A DNA stretch of 64,000 bases from a virus: positions 18,477 to 82,476 of the IMG/VR virus record IMGVR_UViG_3300025789_001553. One strand, written 5' to 3'. Each line of letters starts with the position of its first letter. Position 1 is the stretch's first letter. Both the position numbers and the translations under genes were made by a program. Shown here one piece after another: positions 27,967-37,731 of the stretch. The notes beneath the pieces were generated by a model. The model saw nothing but the letters and a program-made list of their open reading frames with translations. It was not told where the DNA came from and made no database searches.

Positions 27967-29148
27967 TTAAGATGTGAGTGAACCAATAAATTCAGCCCAC
28001 ATGTTGCCCACCTTAGCTGGGTTAAATTTATCTAAAATAAATTTTGTACCTTCAGCGCGTACTTTTTCTTTTAAATCTGGATTAGCTTCGAGGTAGTTTA
28101 CTGCATCAATAATTTTTTTAGTATTATTTTTAAATGCTCCTTCAGTATCTTTAGTTAAAGATTCTTTTTGTATAACATTAACATCTTTACCGTCAGGTAA
28201 TTCAACCCACTTACAGAAACCTTCGAAATTTTCTGGTAATGCACCGAACGGGTAAGTTACGGGTATAGCGCCTAATGCAATTGCTTCAGCAACTACACAT
28301 GAGAATGTGTCTTTATGCACATCCTGATAAGGTGTATATAAAGGATATATAAAATACTCACTTTCTGCTATATGTGTAAATAGTGTTTTTCTATCTACCC
28401 CATCATGCTTATAAAAGAATTCATCCTGGTGAGGGTGCGTACATAATAGATAGTCAAAAGCGTGTAGTTCAACATCAGGCCAGTTTAATTCTCTTGCAAC
28501 TTGTATAGCTACATCACCACCACGCGCCCATGCTGCATGAAACACAATCTTATGCTTTTTTCTCTCTGGTTTACTATTTAGTACTTCGCTAACTACGTCA
28601 TCCATTATCGGGTTAGGAATTAATGTACTTAAAGTACCAGGATAACGAGTTTTAGCACTTGCTACAGTACCCTCATTCATTGACTTTTCCCACTCAGAAA
28701 TATTAACAAACCCTAACTTTAAGTTATTGTCATTAGCATAATTAATAATTTCATCAATACCATATATCCATTGCATATGGTTCCAGTATATTAATGCTTT
28801 AGTAACTTTTATCGGTAGTTTTTTATAATCATGAAACCAAAGACTACTAACTAACACGTCAAACTCTTTATTTTCAATATTAGTAAAGTCAATATCGGTA
28901 TAGTATACACCTCTTACTTTTTTACCTTGATTGAAGTGAATACCTTTTTCAGCGTACTCAGCTTCAAGTCCAGGTTCAAGCTTATCAGAAGTAACAACAA
29001 CTTCATGACCTTGCAAAGCCAATTGCTCAGCAACTATGATGGTGCTTCCGTCTGTACCAGAACCACCACCGTTACCATAACGAAGAGTTTCTCCGTCTAA
29101 GTAGTTACTACGCCGACTGTTACCGATTAAGATGAATGCTATTCTCAT
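27967..29148 (-). CDS. GT-B (GT4-like) glycosyltransferase
   Basis: GGSGTD..AEQLA.QGHEV, IPNP, DTFSCVVAEAIALGAIPV. Confidence 0.8.
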   Translation of the reverse strand: MRIAFILIGNSRRSNYLDGETLRYGNGGGSGTDGSTIIVAEQLALQGHEVVVTSDKLEPGLEAEYAEKGIHFNQGKKVRGVYYTDIDFTNIENKEFDVLVSSLWFHDYKKLPIKVTKALIYWNHMQWIYGIDEIINYANDNNLKLGFVNISEWEKSMNEGTVASAKTRYPGTLSTLIPNPIMDDVVSEVLNSKPERKKHKIVFHAAWARGGDVAIQVARELNWPDVELHAFDYLLCTHPHQDEFFYKHDGVDRKTLFTHIAESEYFIYPLYTPYQDVHKDTFSCVVAEAIALGAIPVTYPFGALPENFEGFCKWVELPDGKDVNVIQKESLTKDTEGAFKNNTKKIIDAVNYLEANPDLKEKVRAEGTKFILDKFNPAKVGNMWAEFIGSLTS

Positions 29149-29156
29149 TTATATAC

Positions 29157-30455
29157 TTATACTACCGGTGGTAATACCTTTTCGTAGCGATCACTCCAGC
29201 CTTTATCTTTACTGTGTGCATACATAACAATTTTATATGGCTTATCTATGCTACGAAAACGTGCTAAGTGATCGGTTTTTGCAAAAGAAACATATTCTGG
29301 ATCCTTTTCAGCAACAAAGTCGTGTCTGTATAGGTTTACACCACTTTGTGTTTCTATACCAAATGTAACGAAATCGATTACGTTCTCTTCTTTAAACTTT
29401 GCAAAGAAATCTGATTCCCAGTTGCAAGTAAACACCCGCTCTTTACTAATAAATTGTTCTTCATAGTTTGTAGGGTTTGGTGGTTCTTGTACTTTTAAAG
29501 TATAGTCTTGTATACGACAGTTTTTAAAATCAAAACCACCATATATTTCGTATTCTCGTAGTGTACGTACATTACCTAAACCGTACTTACCTAAATCAAT
29601 ACCATGCTCTTCTTGACCGAAGATTTGACGTGTTTTATTACGTGCATATATATCTCTTTCCCCGGATGTTTTACCGGTATGTTTTTCAGTACCATGATCA
29701 TCCCAGTGCTTTACGCGGTAGTTACGTGTGTATTCGTGCCAAATGTATTGACGGTATGGACTAAAGAAATCATATCCCGAAGTCCAAGCTCTTACACTCA
29801 TAGTGGTTTCTTCTGTATAACCACCAAAATAAATGTCTGGATCATAAGATACTTCTTCAATAAATTTACCTTGCGCTAAAAAGAAATGACCACTAATTGT
29901 GCGAGCTTTAATAACTTTATTTCTTTGTTGATAGTCTCCAATGTAATATGGCATACTCATTAGTAGTTTATCACTACTAAACTCATACTGAGACATTAAA
30001 CAAGGGCCGAAATCAGTGATAGGTTTATCCGGATTAAATGGTGTGCAATAAGTTGAAATAACTGGCTTCTTGCTCATTGTTAATGCTTGTGCGTAATCTT
30101 CTAACAACATTTTATCCCAATCTTGAGCAAAACGATGGTGAGAGTCTAACTGTAGTGTTAGTTCTTCACCGTCATATAATGAGTTGGTTAAATTACGTGC
30201 CCAACCTAAACCTTCACTTTCTGTATAAGGTTTTTTAATCACTCTAAAGTTTTCCTTACCGTCATAGACACTTGTATCTTCATCCGGGCCGTACTGCCAA
30301 CAGATACCAAAAGAGAATTGCGACGGATCAGCAGCTTTCTCTAACATGTCAGTTATAGTAGGAACCAACTGAGGATCTCTATAAGCAGCAAATTGTACGA
30401 AAATACGCGGTTTGTTTTTCTTTTTTGTGGTGCGTGTAGTAGTCTTTTTAGCCAT
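29157..30455 (-). CDS. GT60-like (Skp1-type polypeptide GlcNAc transferase) glycosyltransferase
   Basis: IFVQFAAYRDPQL..TI, GLGWAR, LQLDSHHRF..DWD, YDPDIYFG..EE...SVRAWTSGYD, WHEY. Confidence 0.8.
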   Translation of the reverse strand: MAKKTTTRTTKKKNKPRIFVQFAAYRDPQLVPTITDMLEKAADPSQFSFGICWQYGPDEDTSVYDGKENFRVIKKPYTESEGLGWARNLTNSLYDGEELTLQLDSHHRFAQDWDKMLLEDYAQALTMSKKPVISTYCTPFNPDKPITDFGPCLMSQYEFSSDKLLMSMPYYIGDYQQRNKVIKARTISGHFFLAQGKFIEEVSYDPDIYFGGYTEETTMSVRAWTSGYDFFSPYRQYIWHEYTRNYRVKHWDDHGTEKHTGKTSGERDIYARNKTRQIFGQEEHGIDLGKYGLGNVRTLREYEIYGGFDFKNCRIQDYTLKVQEPPNPTNYEEQFISKERVFTCNWESDFFAKFKEENVIDFVTFGIETQSGVNLYRHDFVAEKDPEYVSFAKTDHLARFRSIDKPYKIVMYAHSKDKGWSDRYEKVLPPVV

Positions 30456-30463
30456 AAAAGTAA

Positions 30464-31576
30464 TTACGAGTTGTTAACAGTATTACCACTGTTTTCTTTT
30501 TCAAAGTCATGTAGGGCAGCTGCTATAACTTGGTGCATATCATAGTATTTGTATTCTGCTAATCTACCACCAAATAATACATTTGGAAGTGTTTTAGTAA
30601 GCTCTTTGTATTGATTATATATTTTAGTATTTTTCTCGTTGTTAATTGGATAATATGGGGTTAAACCACGTTTCCAATCTTCTGGATACTCTCTTGTAAT
30701 TAGAGTAAACGGCACATTTACTGGATCAAAGTGCTTATGTTCAATGATACGAGTGTATGGTACATCGGCAGCTGTATAATTAATTAATGCATTCCCTTGG
30801 TAATCTTTAACAGGAACTACTTCATGTTCAAAGCTTGTAGTTCTATAATCCAAGTCTCCAAATTGATAGTTAAAATATGCATCAATAGGCCCTGTGTACA
30901 ATACTTTTTTAGCAATTTTATCCCAATTGCTCTTATCTGCTAAATAGTCAGTATTGAGTTTTACTTCAATACCAGCAAGCATTTTTTCTATAATTTGAGT
31001 ATAACCACCAATCGGTATACCTTGGTATGTATCAAAATAATAATTATCGTCGAAATTTGTTCTTATTGGAATACGTTTAATAATAAACGTTGGTAACTCT
31101 TTAGGATCGGCTTTCCATTGCTTTTGAGTGTACCCTTTAATAAACGTTTCGTATAGTTCTGTACCTATTTCATTAAGGCACCATTCTTCTAAATTTTGCG
31201 GGTTATCTATTTTTACTTTACTTGCAAGTAATTTATCAATTGCTTCTTGTGGTGTTTTAACACCCCATAACTGATATAACGTTAACAGATTAATTGGAAA
31301 CGAATAAAGTGTATCTTTATAATATACTTTCGGCCTATTAACAAAATTATTAAATGTTGCAAACTGGTTTACATAATCCCAGATTTTTTTATTAGATGTA
31401 TGAAATATGTGAGGCCCGTATTCGTGTACATTAATACCGTTAATATTTTTGGTATATATGTTACCACCTATATGCTCTTTCTTCTCAAGCACTAAGCATT
31501 TTTTTCCTGCTTTAGTAGCTTCATATGCAAACACAGAACCATATAGACCCGAACCAACTATAAGATAATCGTACAT
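30464..31576 (-). CDS. glf: UDP-galactopyranose mutase
   Basis: YLIVGSGLYG, HEYGPHIFHT, YQGIP, RIIEHKHF, PYYP, GRLAEYKYYDMHQ. Confidence 0.96.
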   Translation of the reverse strand: MYDYLIVGSGLYGSVFAYEATKAGKKCLVLEKKEHIGGNIYTKNINGINVHEYGPHIFHTSNKKIWDYVNQFATFNNFVNRPKVYYKDTLYSFPINLLTLYQLWGVKTPQEAIDKLLASKVKIDNPQNLEEWCLNEIGTELYETFIKGYTQKQWKADPKELPTFIIKRIPIRTNFDDNYYFDTYQGIPIGGYTQIIEKMLAGIEVKLNTDYLADKSNWDKIAKKVLYTGPIDAYFNYQFGDLDYRTTSFEHEVVPVKDYQGNALINYTAADVPYTRIIEHKHFDPVNVPFTLITREYPEDWKRGLTPYYPINNEKNTKIYNQYKELTKTLPNVLFGGRLAEYKYYDMHQVIAAALHDFEKENSGNTVNNS

Positions 31577-31614
31577 GTTAGTATTATTATATAATAATAC
31601 CGTAATTATTCAAC

Positions 31615-33570
31615 TCAAGCTGCAGGGCCGTTTGGATCTTGATTAAGGTTACCACCAGCTGAATTCCAATGATTGGATGGAGTAGTTGCAGATACTGCAG
31701 TGTTTGGCCCGTTCACTAATGATGCATTTGTTTGTAATGTAGTAGGATCAGCAACCAGTGTTAGTGGTATGTTTTTAAAGTAATGGGTATGAGACTGGTT
31801 AATAACTAAACGTATAGTATCGCCATACTGTACATTACCACCTGTACCACCACCTGGTTTAAATATTTGTGCTCCGTTATCAGTTATTTTTGTAGATTCG
31901 GTAACTTGAAATTCTACAGGTGCTGTAACATGCTGCAAGTAAGTTTCACCTTTAATATATGTACCGCCCCCTACAACCACATTTTGACTTACACCCAGAT
32001 TGTCATCAATAACTACTTGTTGACGGTTACGTGTTCTTAAAGTCATTAAATTAGCTATTACAGAAAGATTAGTACCACCATCAATATTAGTATCATCTGA
32101 TGATGCTATATTAATCTGTTTACCAGCAATTGCCATTATAGTACCACCCAAATTAACCGGGCCAGTAGTTTTAATATCTATACCACCAGAGCCCACTAAT
32201 AAACTATATCTATTACCAGCGGTTACTGTATAGTTACCACCAGGCATATCGTCGATGTGTGTATACTCTATAGCGGGTATTGTAGTGGCTGATAACCCCG
32301 TATTATTAAAATATTCCGTTACAGTTTTGTTTGTAGCATTATACCTGGTGCTATTAAATTTGTTAAACACTAAGCCGACGTTAACCAATTTGTGCTTGGT
32401 AATTGTCTCTATATAATTACCACCCTCCCCGAGTTCAGCTTCTGCTACAGCCATTATAGGGGTTTGTGTTGCTACTATATTCGTTAAATCTCCAGATTTA
32501 CTACCTTCGTTTTGTGTTAAATAATCGGCTACAGGAGCATAAGCACCTAACCAATCGTTCATAGCAGATTGCTTTAAACTACCCGCTTTAAGGTAAAAAT
32601 TACCTTGTATATTATTATCAAAGTCTCTACCCACAAATAAATTATTATGCCCGTATACAGTTTCAAATTTATCTTTTAATGTAAGATACTGTACATTTTT
32701 AGGGCTAAATAAGGAATTGTATTTGTTATTAAACTCTAAGAAACCACCAGCAAAGTGTGTAACTTTAAATGACTCTCTATCTGTAGTGTTTATAATTTCT
32801 ATAGCAGCACCGCGTTGATTGATAACCATTTTATTACGGTAGGTCTGGGTGTTAAAGTCTTCTACATTTCTTATATTTTTACCGTTGCTTTCAAAAGTTT
32901 GCGGGTAGTCTTGATATGTACCGTCATCAGATTGAAATATACTTGCAAAATCGTCCTGCCCTAAAGACGTACCCATGTATACAGGGTAGGTTGGCATACC
33001 GTCTCTAAAAAATACCCAAACCTGTGCACCTACCTTTGGTACAGCAAAAACACCTTTAGCTGCGTTAGAGTAGGTAGAAGGTCGATACTGAGTACCGGTC
33101 GGGTTTACTTTACTTGTGTTATTTGTAGCTGTATCTGTAAAAGCATCTGTAACTCTAAAATTGTATTTTTCGTATACAAAACCAGGCTTTTCGCCCATTT
33201 GTTCTGTATTTAAATTAAATTGAGTATACGAGTTCGAAAAATTTGTACCAGATAAACTATAAGGAAATTCTGCGTCTGATACAGTCGACTTGTCTCTAAA
33301 AGCATTATAAGTACCTGAAGCGTTTTCTCCCATTATTGGGCTACATTGTTCTGCCCAAGGTAAAGAGTCTTTTAATTCATTTATAATTAAACTTAAATCT
33401 GAATTTATATTAATACCAGGAAACTTAAAGTTGCGGTCCTGCTTTAAAGCAGCCCACTTATTGTAAACATTTGCATTTACATGAGGTACCCACACCTTGA
33501 CTCTGCCTCTGTATTCAGGGTCATTATTTTGTACTACTATACCAAGATATGTTGAAGAAAAGTTTTTCAT
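31615..33570 (-). CDS. Baseplate central spike/hub (gp5/VgrG-like, no evident lysozyme domain)
   Basis: OB-fold GIVVQNNDPE.RGRVKV, VPKVGAQVWVFF.DG...PVY; beta-helix-like repeats; HTH near C-terminus. Confidence 0.8.
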   Translation of the reverse strand: MKNFSSTYLGIVVQNNDPEYRGRVKVWVPHVNANVYNKWAALKQDRNFKFPGININSDLSLIINELKDSLPWAEQCSPIMGENASGTYNAFRDKSTVSDAEFPYSLSGTNFSNSYTQFNLNTEQMGEKPGFVYEKYNFRVTDAFTDTATNNTSKVNPTGTQYRPSTYSNAAKGVFAVPKVGAQVWVFFRDGMPTYPVYMGTSLGQDDFASIFQSDDGTYQDYPQTFESNGKNIRNVEDFNTQTYRNKMVINQRGAAIEIINTTDRESFKVTHFAGGFLEFNNKYNSLFSPKNVQYLTLKDKFETVYGHNNLFVGRDFDNNIQGNFYLKAGSLKQSAMNDWLGAYAPVADYLTQNEGSKSGDLTNIVATQTPIMAVAEAELGEGGNYIETITKHKLVNVGLVFNKFNSTRYNATNKTVTEYFNNTGLSATTIPAIEYTHIDDMPGGNYTVTAGNRYSLLVGSGGIDIKTTGPVNLGGTIMAIAGKQINIASSDDTNIDGGTNLSVIANLMTLRTRNRQQVVIDDNLGVSQNVVVGGGTYIKGETYLQHVTAPVEFQVTESTKITDNGAQIFKPGGGTGGNVQYGDTIRLVINQSHTHYFKNIPLTLVADPTTLQTNASLVNGPNTAVSATTPSNHWNSAGGNLNQDPNGPAA

Positions 33571-34382
33571 TACGCGCTTAATGTAATTGTAGTAAGTTGT
33601 ACTTGATTGCCGATAGTAGTGTTAGTTATATCGACTGTTATTGTTGTATCCCCAATAGATGTTGTATCTTCATATTGTATTTGAGTTGACCAATAGTATG
33701 GTACCATAAGATTACCTACTATTATATTATTGAAAGGTAAAAACGGACTTAAAACCGGGTATGTACTGTTTATAACAGTTTGTATGGTACTATTAGAAAC
33801 AATTCTTCTATTCAAATCCGTATCAGCCATTATTAGATTACCGTTATTAGGGTTTGTATCTGTACCTGTTGGACCTATGTTAGCTATATTTGCTATAAAA
33901 ATGTTGTTAGCTACTGTGTAAAAACTCTGTATTGCCCTGGATATTCCTGTAGGTAACAAGTTATCTATAATAGTATTATAAGGTACTGTACGAGTATTAT
34001 TTAAGTTATTAGTATAGGATATATAATACAAGCTACCAACTGATTCGGAAAACTTTTGATAGTAAGAAGGATATTGTATAGTTATAGCACTTAGCACCAA
34101 ACTATTAGAGTAATACATTGCTTCATCCCACCAATACTTGCCCCACAATAGCGGTAAACTATCAATAGTTGTACCACTTAAAGAAAATGAAAGATTAGTG
34201 ACATCACTCCCGGCTAACTGAGCAAAAAAATCAATTTGAGAACCTATAGGGTTAGATGAGTACTGAGCTATATAATAACTCTGTGCTACATTTAGTTGAG
34301 TAGCAAAATCAGGTACCGTATACCCATTCCAATAAAATGTGGTATTATATAGATCAAATGTCTTTACAACTGATGTTGCCAT
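33570..34382 (-). CDS. Hypothetical structural protein
   Basis: Baseplate operon; TAAGTA upstream. Confidence 0.6.
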   Translation of the reverse strand: MATSVVKTFDLYNTTFYWNGYTVPDFATQLNVAQSYYIAQYSSNPIGSQIDFFAQLAGSDVTNLSFSLSGTTIDSLPLLWGKYWWDEAMYYSNSLVLSAITIQYPSYYQKFSESVGSLYYISYTNNLNNTRTVPYNTIIDNLLPTGISRAIQSFYTVANNIFIANIANIGPTGTDTNPNNGNLIMADTDLNRRIVSNSTIQTVINSTYPVLSPFLPFNNIIVGNLMVPYYWSTQIQYEDTTSIGDTTITVDITNTTIGNQVQLTTITLSA

Positions 34383-34410
34383 TTATTATACTTACCCCTG
34401 GTTATAAGTG

Positions 34411-35940
34411 TTACAACACATCGTCCGGAATACGTGTGTTTTTATCCGCGTGTGGTTTAACTGCAGTAATTGCATTTATATAACCGGTTTGCGTAAACCG
34501 GTGCTCAACCTTAACTATGTACCATTGACCTAAAAACTTTTCGTCGAAATCTGAATCAATAGAACCTATTTGACGGTCTAATCCTATAAACCGGTTACAT
34601 TTACGCAATGTAGTGCCTGGTGCTGTAAAGTGTAAACATTGATTTAAAAAGAAACCGGATTTAAGTATAGCGTTTCGAGCTTCCGGGTAACGTTCCAGTT
34701 TTGTACTACCATACGAATACGGTACTTTAGACACAGCTATTTCAGTCTTATTTTTGTTTAACGAAAGCAATGCTGTAGGGTTTTGATAATTTGAAAACTT
34801 TTTTACATAGTTATCTTGAAAGTAATTTTTTATACTATCAACAGTATTATCCGCAAAATCTATACTAAACTCTTTATCTTTTATACTATTACTTGCACAA
34901 GGCATATTAATAAACATAAACGCATTATCTAATGCTGCCATATCTACAAACTGATAGTTATTAACTGTACTCGTGCCACCTAAGTTTAAATTTAAATAAT
35001 TTGTTGACGATTGAGGGGTTTTAAGTATTGAAGGTATTATAACACCTGTTTGTGTAGAAGATGTTAAAAAGAATTGCTCTGCTTGAAGCGGTCCAGCCTC
35101 ACTACTATTAGTTACTGCTAAAGAAAGCTCTGTGGCTAATGAAGTTAAAGTCCACTCTTTTGTATAGCGGTTTCTATATAATAATGGAACATCTCCATTA
35201 ATTTGCCCATACTTTTTACTTGCAACATGTCTATTAAAAAGATACTCTAAATCATCAATAGCGCTATTATTTGAGGGTGGGTGATAAAATATCTTACTTG
35301 CGCCAGGATCCCATTGAGAGTTAAAAGTTTGTACTTTACTTTTAGCGTTTAATGTATTCTCAATTAAACTTTTTATTGCTAAACCTGTAGGTACTTTTCG
35401 GTTATCATCCGAAAGCACACTCGATTTACCTTTTAAAGAAGGATATAAATCATACAGCGCTTTGTTAGTATTCCAGTTAATTGAATTAGTTTCTGCAAAA
35501 AGTTGATAATCGTATTCCCAAAAATAAAGTTTTATATTCTTATCACTTGGCTGTACGCCTGGTATATCTTCAACATCATACACTGAAAACAAATAATTTA
35601 ATTCCCAACCCTCTGAAGGAAATATGTCTGTTTTTATATAATTTGTATCTAAAACTGGTTTAATGTTAATTAACAATAAATCTCTACCGTCGTTACGGAA
35701 TTTATAATTTGCAGTAGAAGACATAAACTCATTAGGTCTTCTTTCTATAATATTTTCTTTGTTGTTAATAATAAGATACCCACGTTTAAACCACTCGCGT
35801 GAGTCTTCCTCTATAGACAATGTAACTAAAGCAGCAGTATTAATACCAAAGAGATTACTCTTACAATCATACAACGCCATACCAAACTCATAGGTTTGGT
35901 CATTAAGACGTATCCTTGTTGTTTGTGGTGCTTCAGTCAT
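34411..35940 (-). CDS. Baseplate hub protein (gp27-like)
   Basis: C-terminal GQWYIVKVEHRF..GY.N.I.AVK; synteny. Confidence 0.6.
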   Translation of the reverse strand: MTEAPQTTRIRLNDQTYEFGMALYDCKSNLFGINTAALVTLSIEEDSREWFKRGYLIINNKENIIERRPNEFMSSTANYKFRNDGRDLLLINIKPVLDTNYIKTDIFPSEGWELNYLFSVYDVEDIPGVQPSDKNIKLYFWEYDYQLFAETNSINWNTNKALYDLYPSLKGKSSVLSDDNRKVPTGLAIKSLIENTLNAKSKVQTFNSQWDPGASKIFYHPPSNNSAIDDLEYLFNRHVASKKYGQINGDVPLLYRNRYTKEWTLTSLATELSLAVTNSSEAGPLQAEQFFLTSSTQTGVIIPSILKTPQSSTNYLNLNLGGTSTVNNYQFVDMAALDNAFMFINMPCASNSIKDKEFSIDFADNTVDSIKNYFQDNYVKKFSNYQNPTALLSLNKNKTEIAVSKVPYSYGSTKLERYPEARNAILKSGFFLNQCLHFTAPGTTLRKCNRFIGLDRQIGSIDSDFDEKFLGQWYIVKVEHRFTQTGYINAITAVKPHADKNTRIPDDVL

Positions 35941-35941
35941 G

Positions 35942-36316
35942 TTACGTGTTTGTAGTAGTATTTAACTGAGCAAGTATTTGCCTTACATACTGAGGTGTTA
36001 AGTATTTTAACTGTGTACCCGCTTGTGGAAAAAATACCGGGTTTTGTATATTGTTAACAGAGCAAATTAACCACCATAATAGCGTAGTGCCATATAAATT
36101 ATATGAAATTAATGTATACGACATTTCCCCATGAGGTACTGTATATACGTTATAGTATGACGGATCAAGATTGGCCGGAAAATTTGTTTTAGCTAAAATA
36201 TTGTAAAAATAATCACTATTATCGTTTTGGTAAACGTTAAAAATATTTTCGTACCTAAAACTTTCAAGAGAAGGTAGTACGTTTATATTGTTCTGATTTG
36301 AAGGTGTTTGGTTCAT
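35942..36316 (-). CDS. Baseplate wedge protein (gp53/LysM-like)
   Basis: ISYNLYGTTLLWWLICSVNNI..P..GTQLK. Confidence 0.75.
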   Translation of the reverse strand: MNQTPSNQNNINVLPSLESFRYENIFNVYQNDNSDYFYNILAKTNFPANLDPSYYNVYTVPHGEMSYTLISYNLYGTTLLWWLICSVNNIQNPVFFPQAGTQLKYLTPQYVRQILAQLNTTTNT

Positions 36317-36318
36317 AT

Positions 36319-37731
36319 TTAACTTTCAGAAGTAGTAATGTTTATATTATTACTTGGATCTGCATTTGATAAAAATGTATTACGTGTGTTGAGCAGTACA
36401 CTCGAAAAAATCAGACTTACTTTATACGCTTCAGGTATCATTTTAATATAGGGGTCGTTACTTGCAGTTCCCGCTACTTCACCGGTCTTAACATTTATAT
36501 ATCTTACATTACCTACATTTTCAATATTAATGCCGCTTAAATATGCTAAAGGTATGTTTTTATAGCCAGGTATATCAATACCATATAAGCATGGTGCATC
36601 TAAGAAATTAATGCCTTTTCTATTAGGTAAATTTTGATATGTTATAAGATAGCAAAACTCCCAGTTTTTTTGTATTTGAGTTACATCATCACCATGATCT
36701 ATAGTGTTATATAGATAAAATTGTACCTGTACATCTTCTCTTCCAGATGCGCCGTTAAATGCATATAACTCTTCTTTTTTAAGGGTGCCTGCTTGAGTGC
36801 CTATTATAGATTGTGCTAAGCCTCGAGTTATATTTGTTGCACCGGTTAATACACCTATACCTTTTCCAATAGGGGACTTTTTAGCTTTATCTTCAAGCTG
36901 TGCGCTTCCACTTTCTCCTGACACGCTTTCTTCAGTAAGCGCATCGATAATTTGCCCCACACCACTGGCAGTTTTTTGTAAACCTTTTAGTATATCTCCA
37001 TTACTACTACCCCAACTGTTTCCAACCTTCACCATATTTGCATTGGTGTAGTAAGGTAAAGCATATGTGAACCCGGTTTTTGCTACAGCATACAAACCTT
37101 GATAGGGTGCAAATGCAGTAGTTAAATTGTACGGAATCTTTTTCGTGGGGTCTGTTTTCGCAGAATCCAACCCTGCAGTATCTGGTAAAGTTACAGCTTT
37201 ACCGGCTGCACTATTACCAAACAGAGAGTTAGTAAAATTTTTTAACTGTGTAACGCCGATATTACCGGCTACTGCAATATTATTAATCTCACCACGAAGG
37301 CTATACAAATAACCGCGTAACTCGCTTGATTGAGTTTGTTTATATTCTGTTAAAATAACTTTAGGGATATGCTTTCTACCTTCTCGTTTTGTTAGTGTCC
37401 AATCGAAATCATCAAATACGTTTATAACAGACTGTATAGTATTATTACCACTACCGGTTGAGTTACTACCAGTCTTACTGTTATTATTAGTAGCTGGTTT
37501 TAGTACTGGTGCACCTAACTCATCATCAGGAGCTCCCCACGTAAACAACAATGGTTCATAATTAGGTTTCTGGCTTCCTGTAGGTGGTGGTGGCTCGGGC
37601 TTAGCAACCGGGGTGTTTACCATATTAACATTTGCATTGTACATTAAACCACCACCTATAATTGAACCACCGGTATTTACAGTGGGGTTAGTGTTTGTAG
37701 TATTGCTACCGCCTGGGTTGTAGAAAGCCAT
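36319..37731 (-). CDS. Baseplate/tail-tube cap-like protein (gp48-like)
   Basis: Tube-fold-like C-terminal half; position between tape measure and gp53. Confidence 0.45.
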   Translation of the reverse strand: MAFYNPGGSNTTNTNPTVNTGGSIIGGGLMYNANVNMVNTPVAKPEPPPPTGSQKPNYEPLLFTWGAPDDELGAPVLKPATNNNSKTGSNSTGSGNNTIQSVINVFDDFDWTLTKREGRKHIPKVILTEYKQTQSSELRGYLYSLRGEINNIAVAGNIGVTQLKNFTNSLFGNSAAGKAVTLPDTAGLDSAKTDPTKKIPYNLTTAFAPYQGLYAVAKTGFTYALPYYTNANMVKVGNSWGSSNGDILKGLQKTASGVGQIIDALTEESVSGESGSAQLEDKAKKSPIGKGIGVLTGATNITRGLAQSIIGTQAGTLKKEELYAFNGASGREDVQVQFYLYNTIDHGDDVTQIQKNWEFCYLITYQNLPNRKGINFLDAPCLYGIDIPGYKNIPLAYLSGINIENVGNVRYINVKTGEVAGTASNDPYIKMIPEAYKVSLIFSSVLLNTRNTFLSNADPSNNINITTSES

